A stretch of DNA of 64,000 bases, taken from NCBI GenBank assembly GCA_963823655.1, contig CAWGMK010000002.1, forward strand, positions 1-64,000. Reading direction: 5' to 3'. A program made the translations under genes and the position numbers. This DNA comes from an uncultured Bacillota bacterium. Its GTDB lineage: Bacteria > Bacillota > DTU025 > MWDF01. Shown in pieces: positions 9,863 to 19,900 of the stretch (positions are counted from its first letter, which is position 1; every line of letters begins with the position of its first letter). Under the pieces are notes generated by a model. The model did no database searches. It was not told the origin of the DNA and saw only the letters and a program-made list of their open reading frames with translations.

Positions 9863-10954
9863 TTACTTGCCGAAGGTCTTGCTGTTTACGAGGTATACGA
9901 ATGCATTGCCGGTGTTCCTTCTGAAGAGAGCGAGCTTCTGGCCGGCTGATGCTTCTATTGCCGCCTGGATGCCCTTCTCGTCCTTGAGGCTCAGGGTGCC
10001 TTCGAGTACCTTCTTGGCGATCTCGACGTTGGCAGTGGTCTGGAGGTAAGGTCCGGGTACGGGCCATGTGGCCATACGGCCGGCCATGCCAGCGGCTACT
10101 ACCTTGGCTTCGATGGCTGCGAATATCTTTACATAGTTGCCCTTCATGTCGTCGGTGACTTCAAGTCCGATCGCGCCGGCATAGCCGTGGGTCGGGCTGG
10201 GGCAGCACTGCTCGGGATAGAGGGCCTTGGTCTGCATAACTGCCTTGATCAAAGGCTCCTGCATACCGCAGTTGGTGGAGAAGAATGCGGTGTCCTTGCC
10301 GTACTTGGCAACCTGGCGCGGGACATCCTCGAGGATGAACTGCTGGGCTGCCGGCAGGCCGCCTTCTGCCATCGGGTCGGGAGCGGTTACGAACACAAAC
10401 TGGATGCCGAGCTTCTTGCACTCCTCGATCATGATGTCGCGGCGGTTGGAAAGCTCCTGCATCGCCATGTGACGCGGGAAGGAATAGTGGACGAACGTCT
10501 TGGCGCCCATCGACTTTGCGATCTGGGGTATGGTCTTTCCGCGCTCTGCATCGTCCGGCTTGAAGCCGAAGTCGACTGCGGCGCCAACGAGGGCCAGGTC
10601 CTCATGGGGCTCGCCGACGAAGAACAGCATGTCGGGGCGGAGCTCCTTGACCTTTTTGATGGCTGCGAGGGTGCCGGGAACGGCCTGGTTGATTACTATG
10701 GCCTTGACGTTCCTGTCGGCTGCAAGGCTGGTTATCTGGGAGATGTAGGTCTCCTGCTCGGCCATGAAGTTATCGGGATAGGTCTTGTGGACGATGAGAT
10801 CAGGGTACTTCTTAATCATGGCCTCTGCGCCGCGGTACTCGTCCTCGCCCTGTGACACTGTGCCGGTGATGACGCCGATTTTAAAGCTTGCGGCGCTGAC
10901 CATCAGGCTGAATGCCAGGACCAGGAGCAAAGATGCTACTAGGATCTTCTTCAT
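9863..10954 (-). CDS. DUF3798 family substrate-binding protein
   Basis: Signal peptide; TGTVSQGEDEYR, TYPDNFMAEQET, HYSFPRHM, FFSTNCGMQEPL, EQCCPSPTHGY motifs; heads the ABC operon. Confidence 0.85.
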   Translation of the reverse strand: MKKILVASLLLVLAFSLMVSAASFKIGVITGTVSQGEDEYRGAEAMIKKYPDLIVHKTYPDNFMAEQETYISQITSLAADRNVKAIVINQAVPGTLAAIKKVKELRPDMLFFVGEPHEDLALVGAAVDFGFKPDDAERGKTIPQIAKSMGAKTFVHYSFPRHMAMQELSNRRDIMIEECKKLGIQFVFVTAPDPMAEGGLPAAQQFILEDVPRQVAKYGKDTAFFSTNCGMQEPLIKAVMQTKALYPEQCCPSPTHGYAGAIGLEVTDDMKGNYVKIFAAIEAKVVAAGMAGRMATWPVPGPYLQTTANVEIAKKVLEGTLSLKDEKGIQAAIEASAGQKLALFRRNTGNAFVYLVNSKTFGK

Positions 10955-11268
10955 TAAGTGCACTCCCTTCAACTATTTGGTTTTCTGCGTTAAACTACGA
11001 CGAATCATCGCGTACAAGAACGCTAGACAAAAGGTTGGGAACCTCATCCCATTTTCTTCTATATATTGTGTGAGATAAGATTACCAAAAGTTAGCGACTT
11101 AGGCAATTGAGTTTAAATTTACTCGCAGCTATCTTGATTAAAGCTTGATATATTGCATTTTATGAAAGATGCGTTCAGAATCGAATCAGCTGTCAGCATA
11201 CGAGGCATATCCGTGGAGGGATTTGCCGGGCTTGGCGGTACTACATTGACAAAGGCAGGTTAGGGACA

Positions 11269-11559
11269 GTGGCTTACGAAGACAAGGTGCTAAATTGCAG
11301 GGAGTGCGGGAAGGACTTCGTTTTTACTGCAGGAGAGCAGGAGTTCTATGCGCAGCGCGGTTTCGAGAACCAGCCCACAAGATGCCCCGAGTGCCGCAAG
11401 AACCGCAAGATGCAGGCCAGCGGGCAGATGCCGCGCCAGCTTTATGATGCAACCTGTTCGCAGTGCGGAGCCCCCTGCAAAGTCCCATTCCAACCGAGTG
11501 GGGAGAAGCCGGTCTATTGCAGCGAGTGCTTCGCCTCTTACCGCTCGAACAGACAGTAG
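11269..11559 (+). CDS. Zinc-ribbon protein (zf-trcl plus CxxC-x17-CxxC domain)
   Basis: CRECGKDFVFTAGEQEFYAQRGFENQPTRCPEC and CSQCG...VPFQP...PVYCSEC. Confidence 0.88.
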   Translation: MAYEDKVLNCRECGKDFVFTAGEQEFYAQRGFENQPTRCPECRKNRKMQASGQMPRQLYDATCSQCGAPCKVPFQPSGEKPVYCSECFASYRSNRQ

Positions 11560-11803
11560 GTTAGAAGGGCGGCAGGGAAGAAGAACAGAAGAAAAACGGG
11601 GCGGCCGAAAACAGGACATTTGGAAGTGGGACAAAATTGAGTAGTACGGCATTACATCAGTACAGTAGTGCTTCAGGCGGGTATGGAGAATTGGACAGAA
11701 CATAGTTTGAAGTACAGGTACACTGAAGTGCAGAAGTGCAGATTCGCAAAAGGCAGAATTTCAGAGCAGTAGGGATTGCTGGACTGGCGCAGGAAAGAGA
11801 TGC

Positions 11804-11838
11804 AAAGAAGGCCTGATGTTTGAGCATCGGCCTTCTTT
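11804..11838. terminator. Bidirectional terminator
   Basis: AAAGAAGGCCTGATG...CATCGGCCTTCTTT between convergent genes. Confidence 0.75.
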
Positions 11839-11858
11839 CATGTATTGGTAGCGAGGGG

Positions 11859-12335
11859 TTATACCAGCAGCTGGCGGACTGCGCTGTCCACCACTTCCTG
11901 GATGAGCTCCTGGCGATTGCCGCCGGACCAGTTGACAATACCTGCTTTGCAGGAGAGTGCCCCGCCAGACTTCAGGAGGCTTTCCAGCTGCGACAGGCTG
12001 CGGTCTCCTCCCATCCACGGGAAGGGGAACTTCTCGGTTACGAAACCAACTGCCTTCTTGCCTTTGATATGGACCGCTTGCGGAATGAATTTCGCCATGG
12101 GGGTTGCCACCTGGAAACCGTGCACAGGGGAGCCGAAGACGAAGGCATCATATCCTTCCAGTACAGGCAGGCTCTCATAATGGACTTCGCTGCGATCTGC
12201 CGGGTTGGGTTTGCCGATGGTCTTGATCCTCTCAAGTACTGCCTGATTGCCCGAGGCGTTGAGCCTTTCTATGATCTTCTGGGCCACAAAGAGGGTATTG
12301 CCTGTTTCTGAATACACTACGACGCCAACTTTCAT
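11859..12335 (-). CDS. Flavodoxin family protein
   Basis: N-terminal YSETGNT FMN-phosphate loop, FGSPVHG. RBS GGAGG. Confidence 0.82.
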   Translation of the reverse strand: MKVGVVVYSETGNTLFVAQKIIERLNASGNQAVLERIKTIGKPNPADRSEVHYESLPVLEGYDAFVFGSPVHGFQVATPMAKFIPQAVHIKGKKAVGFVTEKFPFPWMGGDRSLSQLESLLKSGGALSCKAGIVNWSGGNRQELIQEVVDSAVRQLLV

Positions 12336-12397
12336 GGATATCCTCCCTTGTGCTAGCCTTTCTGACTGCTAAGTTGATGAATAATCTATGTCTGATA

Positions 12398-13168
12398 TTA
12401 CTTCAGGCCATTAATAATCGCAATGCCTGCGCTTGCGCCTATCCTGGTGGCGCCGGCTTTTATCATGGCGAGGGCGGCGGCCGTGTCGCGTATGCCGCCG
12501 GATGCCTTGACGCCCATGTTGGGTCCGACTACGCTTCGCATCAATTCGATGTCGGCGGCGGTGGCGCCTGAGGTGGAGAAGCCGGTGGAGGTTTTTACGA
12601 AGTCGGCGCCGGCGGCCTTGGCAAGGAGGCATGCCTTGACCTTCTCATCGTCGGTGAGCAGGCATGTCTCGATTATGACTTTGGTAAGGGTGTTGATGCC
12701 GGCGGCACGCACGACAGCGGAGATGTCGTCGAACACCAGCTTGTAGTTGCCGGATTTCAGGGCCCCGATGTTGATTACCATGTCAACTTCATCGGCCCCG
12801 TTGGTGATGGCGTCCTTGACCTCCTGGGCCTTAACGGAGGAGGTGCTGGCGCCCAAGGGGAAGCCGATTACGGTGCATACAGCTACATCTGTGCCTTCGA
12901 GCTTAGTAGAGCACTGCTTGACATTGGCGGGGTTTATACAGACTGAGAAGAAGCCGTTTTCGATGGCCTCGTCGCATATCTTCTCCACCATTGGGGCAGT
13001 GGCGTCGGGCTTAAGTATAGTGTGGTCGATGTAGGAGGCGAGCTTCGCTGGGGTCAGGCTTTCGGGTGAGGCTGAGACAAATGCGCTGCCATCGCCGGGC
13101 TTCGCGGCGGAGAAACCGGGTATGATCTTGGCAATTTCCTCAATGTTCCTATCTATCGAATAATCCAT
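12398..13168 (-). CDS. deoC: Deoxyribose-phosphate aldolase
   Basis: [55 protein letters not shown]. Confidence 0.96.
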   Translation of the reverse strand: MDYSIDRNIEEIAKIIPGFSAAKPGDGSAFVSASPESLTPAKLASYIDHTILKPDATAPMVEKICDEAIENGFFSVCINPANVKQCSTKLEGTDVAVCTVIGFPLGASTSSVKAQEVKDAITNGADEVDMVINIGALKSGNYKLVFDDISAVVRAAGINTLTKVIIETCLLTDDEKVKACLLAKAAGADFVKTSTGFSTSGATAADIELMRSVVGPNMGVKASGGIRDTAAALAMIKAGATRIGASAGIAIINGLK

Positions 13169-13375
13169 TTCACACCTCCGGGCGTTTGATTTGGATCCTA
13201 TTAGTCTTTTTCAATGTATCTAGTTTATCACTAGGCAGCTACAAGGGAATATCAGGTTCAATGGCCTAGGAATAAATAATTGGCGGGATCTGTGGGGAAG
13301 AAGGGAAGTATAGAGAATTATCTTATTTATTCTTGGGCAGGGGATATAGTATAATACAAGTTGCTAATTGCAAAT

Positions 13376-13450
13376 GCGCCACTAGCTCAGTGGTAGAGCA
13401 ACTGACTTTTAATCAGTGGGTCCCGCGTTCGATCCGCGGGTGGCGCACCA
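13376..13450 (+). tRNA. tRNA-Lys(TTT)
   Basis: Cloverleaf: acceptor GCGCCAC/GTGGCGC, D arm GCTC/GAGC, anticodon arm ACTGA-CTTTTAA-TCAGT, T arm CCGCG-TTCGATC-CGCGG, encoded CCA. Confidence 0.97.
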
Positions 13451-13476
13451 AATATTATAGCACCAGCATGAGTAGG

Positions 13477-13507
13477 GAAAAGCGGCGACAAAATCGCCGC
13501 TTTTATT
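13477..13507 (+). terminator. Terminator after tRNA-Lys
   Basis: AAAAGCGGCGA-loop-TCGCCGCTTTT. Confidence 0.85.
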
Positions 13508-14254
13508 ATATCCAAAAACCGTGTTAGTTGCTCCTATTTGCTATCCTTTTGCTATCCTCTTCCTCTTGTTAAAAAATGGCCACGCTTATTCCCGAAAAGT
13601 TATACTTGAGCGTTCGCTTCTTAATTGCAATACGAAGTCGTCAGTTTTGCATGAACCAGTAAGCGCCTCAGTTGACTAGGTGTGGCTATGTAAACGCCAA
13701 GTACGATAGCTTTCGCTATTGATGACAATTCTATGCCAAAAGTCGCACGCTGTACGCTTTCGAAAGATTCCAATAAGCATTCTTATTAGAGTTCTTCATG
13801 CTTATACGGAAGCAGTAAATGATGGGCGATGTTTCAGATAGGGCAACTATTGGCAGCCGGTAAATAGATACTCTGAATGTGTAAGGATTTGCCGCTGTTG
13901 AGCGACAGGCTGCAAATAGTGATTTTGGCCACAATATTAATCTTCGCCTCAGCAACACCCTAACAAGTTTCTTTGCTAATCAAAATGGTTATTTTCTTGA
14001 ACAATACCTATTTAGCAGGATATTAATTAAAAATAGCTAAATCAATGTTGGTACGTGTTGTAAAGATTGAGAAAAACCTGGCTGTCATTTGTAAGGAAGC
14101 TGGTGGGAAATAGTGCATGTGATAGCCATGAAACTGGCAAATATTCTCAAACAGTGATAAGGAGTCTTTGCCAACATAAGCCTAATGAGCGATTTTTCCG
14201 CTTCTTGAAATCTCAGTTATTGGCTGCCAATTGGAAATAAACGGGAGGATACTA

Positions 14255-15298
14255 ATGAGAGTAATGATTAGCCGCATAGGTAGGGCTTCAATAATATTGG
14301 CAATTCTGTCTGTGATTTGTTTCTACCCATCCATCAATGCCACAGCCTCATCCGAAATGGAACTGATATTCATCGATGTTGGCCAGGGAGATAGCACTTT
14401 AATCGTCTTTCCAAACGGTAAGACCATGCTTATAGACGCTGGCACGACTGGTAATGTATCAAAAGTATTCGAAGTATTAAATGCCAGGCAAATTGAGAAG
14501 ATTGATTACCTGGTGGCCTCTCATGCACACGAAGACCACATAGATGGGCTTATCGATATTCTTGAAGCATATGAAGTAGGAAGAGTCCTTGATACAGGAA
14601 AAGGGACCAAGGAATCTATCTATGACATATTCATGCTTGAGGTCAAGAAGCGCAATATTCCTATAGAAATTGTCAGAGAGAATTTCGTTATGGAATTGGG
14701 CCCGGTTAAAGTTGAAGTGCTCAGCCCTGCGGCCCCTTTGCCTATTGATCTTGATGATGCTTCCATGGTTATAAGCGTTGAATATGGTGCATTCTCTGCG
14801 ATCTTTACCGGCGATATCGGTACAGCTATAGAATATGAGCTGTTAAAAAAGGAAAAGGCACACCCAGTTACTATACTAAAAGTGGCCCATCATGGAAGTA
14901 TTTCGTCATCTTCCGAAGCGTTCCTGAACAAGACCATACCTCAGTACGCGGTTATTTCTGTTGGTAATGACAACGGATATGGCCATCCATCAGCATTTAT
15001 CCTTACAAGGCTCTCCATCGTGGGCTCAATCGCACTTCGAACAGATATCAATGGCAACGTTAGCTTTAAAACAAATGGCATTACTACTTCAGTCGCCGTT
15101 GAAAAAGGGGCGATACCCGTAGTCCAAAAGTCAATTGCTGTTCAGATAAGGTATGTGGCTAGCAAGAACTCTGAGGTATTTCATTACTCCTCATGTGAGA
15201 GTGTTAGGGCAATAAAACCGGCGAACTTAATCGACTTCTCGAGCCGTGAACAAGCAGTAGCTTCAGGAAGAAGACCTTGTAGCATCTGCAAACCATAA
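14255..15298 (+). CDS. ComEC/Rec2-like metallo-beta-lactamase-fold hydrolase with C-terminal Ada-type metal-binding domain
   Basis: DVGQGD, SHAHEDHIDG, FTGD, LKVAHHGS, YGHP; C-terminal YVASKNSEVFHYSSC...RPCSICKP; signal peptide. Confidence 0.88.
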   Translation: MRVMISRIGRASIILAILSVICFYPSINATASSEMELIFIDVGQGDSTLIVFPNGKTMLIDAGTTGNVSKVFEVLNARQIEKIDYLVASHAHEDHIDGLIDILEAYEVGRVLDTGKGTKESIYDIFMLEVKKRNIPIEIVRENFVMELGPVKVEVLSPAAPLPIDLDDASMVISVEYGAFSAIFTGDIGTAIEYELLKKEKAHPVTILKVAHHGSISSSSEAFLNKTIPQYAVISVGNDNGYGHPSAFILTRLSIVGSIALRTDINGNVSFKTNGITTSVAVEKGAIPVVQKSIAVQIRYVASKNSEVFHYSSCESVRAIKPANLIDFSSREQAVASGRRPCSICKP

Positions 15299-15391
15299 AT
15301 GTCTTTATCTTTTCTGTACAGTTTGGAGTAGCCAATCCAGTAAAGTTTAAAAACAGACCTATTCCAATAACGCAATGTCGAATCTTCGCAT

Positions 15392-15418
15392 AAAGGATTC
15401 CATGACATAATGCAGAAT
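15392..15418 (+). promoter_or_regulatory. SigH-like promoter of lipoprotein paralog 1
   Basis: AAAGGATTC-N11-GCAGAAT versus B. subtilis SigH consensus RNAGGAWWW-N11/12-RNNGAAT. Confidence 0.55.
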
Positions 15419-15444
15419 GCTTCCTCAAAGGAGGCGTATTAATA

Positions 15445-16195
15445 ATGAGATTCAAGAAGTATTTGTTGGCGATTGTTGGAATTGCTTTGATGTTGAGCCT
15501 CTCAGGATGCGGAAAGACTTGGGCAGTCACGTTCACGATAACAACAGATTTGGACCCATGGGCACAAACAGGACTGGTTCACGCCTTATACAGCTCAGCT
15601 CTTCTCAGATGGGTTGTACTTGGATGGGAAAATCCTCATCGGACCATACGGCTTCAGCGGCAATTTTACGGAGACGATCACTTTTGATCTAGACACAGCG
15701 GTCGGAGATACTGTGCCCATGATAGAGTTCATGTTAAGCGATGGATCCTTCGCGTCTCTGACGGATTATGTTCAGGCGATTTTCAACAATGTCGGCGATA
15801 CCGGCATTGAGACGTATTCACTTAATGAAACAGGAACCAATATGGGCGGCGGGACCGTAATTCCCTCATTAGTTAGGGATGGTTCAAATACATTCAAGCT
15901 CGTTAAAACGGGTGATAATATAAGAATGTATATGAATGGTACCATCATGTGTAATCATAACCTTGAGAACCTCACATTAACTGTATTTTACCCTTACCTT
16001 AATGTTAATGCAGCAGATAGCAGCCAAATCAGAATCACCGGCATATCATTCAAATATAACGGCGACTATGATACCAAGGCCATAGCTGTCGTCAACGATG
16101 GGGTCAAGCCCATATTGATGATTTTGAAAAGTTGTTTGCGATATCTGGCTGGTATTATTTATTCGATGGATAGTACTAAGGCGCTTTTCTCGTAG
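15445..16195 (+). CDS. Lipoprotein paralog 1 (predicted beta-sandwich), frameshifted near 15600
   Basis: Lipobox LSGC in 15445..15687 continues in the frame of 15614..16195 (GPYGFSGNF, IPSLVRDGSNTF, FKYNG), shared with the ORFs at 24588, 25547 and 28755. Exact C-terminus uncertain. Confidence 0.7.
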
Positions 16196-16242
16196 GTTCG
16201 TTGCTAAAAAAGGTCCGCAGTTTGAAAATTCATCAGAATAGT

Positions 16243-16284
16243 GCCGGGTGCGTGTAAGTATGTGCATGCACCCGGCTTTGTTTT
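16243..16284 (+). terminator. Rho-independent terminator
   Basis: GCCGGGTGCGTG...CATGCACCCGGC followed by TTTGTTTT. Confidence 0.75.
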
Positions 16285-16428
16285 CTTTGGGCAAAGTTTT
16301 CGTTTACATTCTATCTGTCATGTACTGCCCTTTTATTGAAAAAGGTAGTGTTAAGAATTGGGTTTATCACCAGTCCCGATTCTTGACACTACTATTTCAT
16401 TTTTTAACAGTCTTTAGATTGAATTGTT

Positions 16429-16455
16429 AGAGGAATTATAAATCCGATGTCGAAT
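16429..16455 (+). promoter_or_regulatory. SigH-like promoter upstream of the 1375-aa esterase gene
   Basis: AGAGGAATT-N11-GTCGAAT, an exact match to RNAGGAWWW-N11-RNNGAAT. Confidence 0.6.
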
Positions 16456-16461
16456 TATATC

Positions 16462-16486
16462 AGTGATATACCGATGATATATCACC
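16462..16486. promoter_or_regulatory. Palindromic operator, copy A
   Basis: AGTGATATA-CCGATGA-TATATCACC; a near-identical site lies at 23513-23537. Confidence 0.7.
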
Positions 16487-16932
16487 AAGGCAATAACTAG
16501 GAGACCAAAACCTTTGAGCGCTTAAGCTTGAAAGCACTGAAAACAAAATCTTGGATTAGACCTGGGAAAGAAGGCAGATCAGCAGACGGCGTTGGGGCTT
16601 TGTCACGCACACATTTCTAGTGATAAGCCCGGATGCACTGCTTGCTCTGATTTGCCAACTATTGAGTGAAGGGGGTAGAAGCAGAGGGCTGGGACGTTTA
16701 GTTCCCACTCTAGCCTTTGAATTCATGGAGGCCTATACCCGGGCCGGACATCGCCCAAATGGCTAATATCCGCTGTACCTGTGCCTAAAACCTACGCGAT
16801 GCTCCTTCGTCAGTATTCGCTGCCTCTTGCCTCATGCGCTTTAGCAATTACAATGCGAACGGACCTAATACCCAATGGTTTCCTTAACAGCTGCTTGTAG
16901 ATGGAACAACACGAAGTGAAAGGAGCTATCAC

Positions 16933-19900
16933 ATGAAACAAAGATGGTTTATCGTACTTCTGGCAGTTATGTTGGCTCTAGCTGTCACAGTTCCCGCCTT
17001 CGCTGCTGAGATCTTAGCGAAACCTAAAAACCTGGCTGTCGAACCGGTTCCCGTGCGGGACTTGAAAGAAGCCAACCAGCTGCCCACCACCGGATATTTC
17101 TACTCCGCACTGGACGGAGCCTTCGTTAACCGCGAGGTGCGCTGGTATATTCCGGCCACTGCGGTGCTTCGTCCCTACTTCCATTTCATAGCCGTCCCCG
17201 ACAAAGTGGACGTGGATAGCTGGCTGGTCAGCAGCGGATGGGCGCAGATTGCCGATGAAACCGGCGAATGCCTCTACCTGCTCCTGCCCAATCAGACTAC
17301 CGGCGTATGGGGCAATCTCGCAGATGAAAAGGCCTATATAGACGCAGCCAAGGCCAAGCATGGCGGCGTCGGCACCTATTTCACCACCTTCGGCGTCTTC
17401 TATCTTGAAGGATATGGCGCAGGCGCTGCCCCGCTGGAAGCCTGGGCCGCCGAGAACCCCAATCTGGTCATCGCCCAAGCATTTGTGAACCGTGCTTCAA
17501 TAGGAGCCAGCGCTTTAGCAAATCTCGGCTCCGTTTCCTTCGGCTGGGCTCATATGACCGACGGCGACAGGAACCTGATTATCGACCGTCAGCAGGCATT
17601 GGTTCAGATGGCCACCCGATTGCAGGATCTGGTCAACAAGAATAACAGGGATTTCGAGGGCCTGTTAGAGAAGGACGACATGCCCGTTCCCACCTGGCTG
17701 GTGAACTATAACGGCGTGGAAAGCCTCAACTATTGGAAGACCGTCAACAAGGCTACCGCCGCTGCAGCCGACATTACGCTGACCAGCTTCGGCGGTATTG
17801 CCGCCACCGGCAGCGTATATAATCAGAAGGCGGATACATGGGCCACGGAATTCGCAGGCCGCATTTCCAAGGTCACTGCCATCACTATCAATGGTGACAG
17901 TACCAATACCTACGCCTTCAACAAGGAGCTGCGCAATCAGCTGACGGACTATTCCCGTTACGATGTGTCCATCAGCTATGGCAACGCCCTCAATTACCGT
18001 CTGGATTACACCGCAATCCAGGTGGAGAGGTTTGCCTCCGCGAAGAAGGAAGCCACCGGCACTGTCTCCGCCAAGGTGCGCAACTACGCGGAGCCGGTAA
18101 AAGGCCAGGTCACGATCAAGACTCTAACCCTGCCTACCGGCTATGTGATGGATGTTCTACTCTATGTGCCGGAAACTGCCGGTTACAGGAATATACCCGT
18201 AGTCACTGTATGGCACGGCGCATCCCAGACCTCCAACCTGTTCATGGATTCCACCATGTGGTGGCAGGTTGCGGCTGAGAACGGCTTTGCGATATTCCTA
18301 CAGACCCGCACCGCATCCCCCGGCACGGGCAATCTCCCCAGCAGCACCAACCAAGTCATGTTCGCTGCCATGAGAGATTACCTTGCAGCCGACGGCCGCT
18401 TCGACATGAGCCGCATCTACGCTACCGGCCAATCGGCAGGCGGCAACGCCACCAACAGCCTGGCAATGGATGCAGTAACCAACAAGCAGATAGCAGCCGC
18501 CTTCCCCAGCAACTTCCCCGGCAGCCTGGGCACCGATGCGGCGAGTTATCAATCCATGCCCATAGGCTTGGCTATAGGAGAGGGCAACTACTCCAACCGC
18601 GGTATCCCCGGCTACGCAACTGCTGCGGATGCAAAGGCGGCCGGAGCGGACATACTTTGGGACAGCATCGGCACTGATGCTGCTCCTACCGGCATGCCCA
18701 AGTGGATCAACTACTACACAACAGCCAACTCCCTGGACGATGACAACCTCCTTCCCATCATCAAGTACAGCGGCGGCAATGCCTTAAACGGCGGCGCCAA
18801 GGGCAACAAGGTGGGGGACATCTCCGACTGGAATTCAAGCATGGCAAGGTACCGTACCTTTACATGGGCAAACGACGACGGTTACCCGGTCATGGAATAC
18901 GTCTTTACGCTCTATGAAGCCCACAACAATATCGCCGGCCATGCCGAGATCATGTGGGACTTCATGAAGCATTACAGCCTGGATACGAAAACTGGCGTAC
19001 GCTACTACGACAACAACGCATTAAAAGGCGACATGGAGGCCAAGAACCTAGCTGTGGAACCCTCTCCCGTCCGTGATCCAAAAGAGGGCAACCAGCTGTC
19101 TCTGTCCGGCTATTTCTATGCCGCCCTGGAGGGCAATTTCGCCACCCGTGAAGTGCGCTGGTATGTTCCGGATACAGCAGTGCTGCGTCCTTACTTCCAC
19201 TTCATCGCCGTTCCGGATAGCGTGGACGTGGATAAGTGGATAGTCACCAGCGGCTGGAAGCGCATCGCCGACGAGACAGGCGAATGCCTCTACATCCTCT
19301 TGCCCGATCAGGCCACCGGCAAATGGGGCGAGCTGGAAGCTGAGAAAGCCTATATCGCCGCCGCCAAGGATAAGCATGGCGGAGTAAGCGGCTTCTTCAC
19401 CACATTCGGCGTGTTCTACCTGGAAGGCTACGGCGCGGGCGCGGCCCCTCTGGAAGCCTGGGCCGCCGAGAATCCGCATCTAGTCATCTCCCAGGCATTC
19501 ATCAACGGCAAGAGCGTCGGTAAGTCGCCGCTGGAAGCGCTAGGAGCAATCTCCTACGGCTTCAATCATATGGGCGACGGCGACCGCGCTGCGGTAAGCG
19601 AGACCGATACCCGCCAGCGCCGCCTGGTCCAGATGGCAAAGCGCCTGGAAGGCGTGGTCAACCCCAATAAGGCGGACGGCACCAGCGGCCTGTTGGAGAA
19701 GGACGATATGCCCATACCGACATGGCTGGTGAATTACAGCGCCGTGGACAGCCTCAACTACTGGAAGTTCGTAAATAAGGCTACAGACGACACGGCTGAC
19801 GGCACCGTAATCAGCTTTGGCGGTACCGCTGCCACCGGTATGGTCTTCAAACAGAAGGCAGATACCTGGGCTACCGAGTACGCCGGACGGATTTCCAAGG

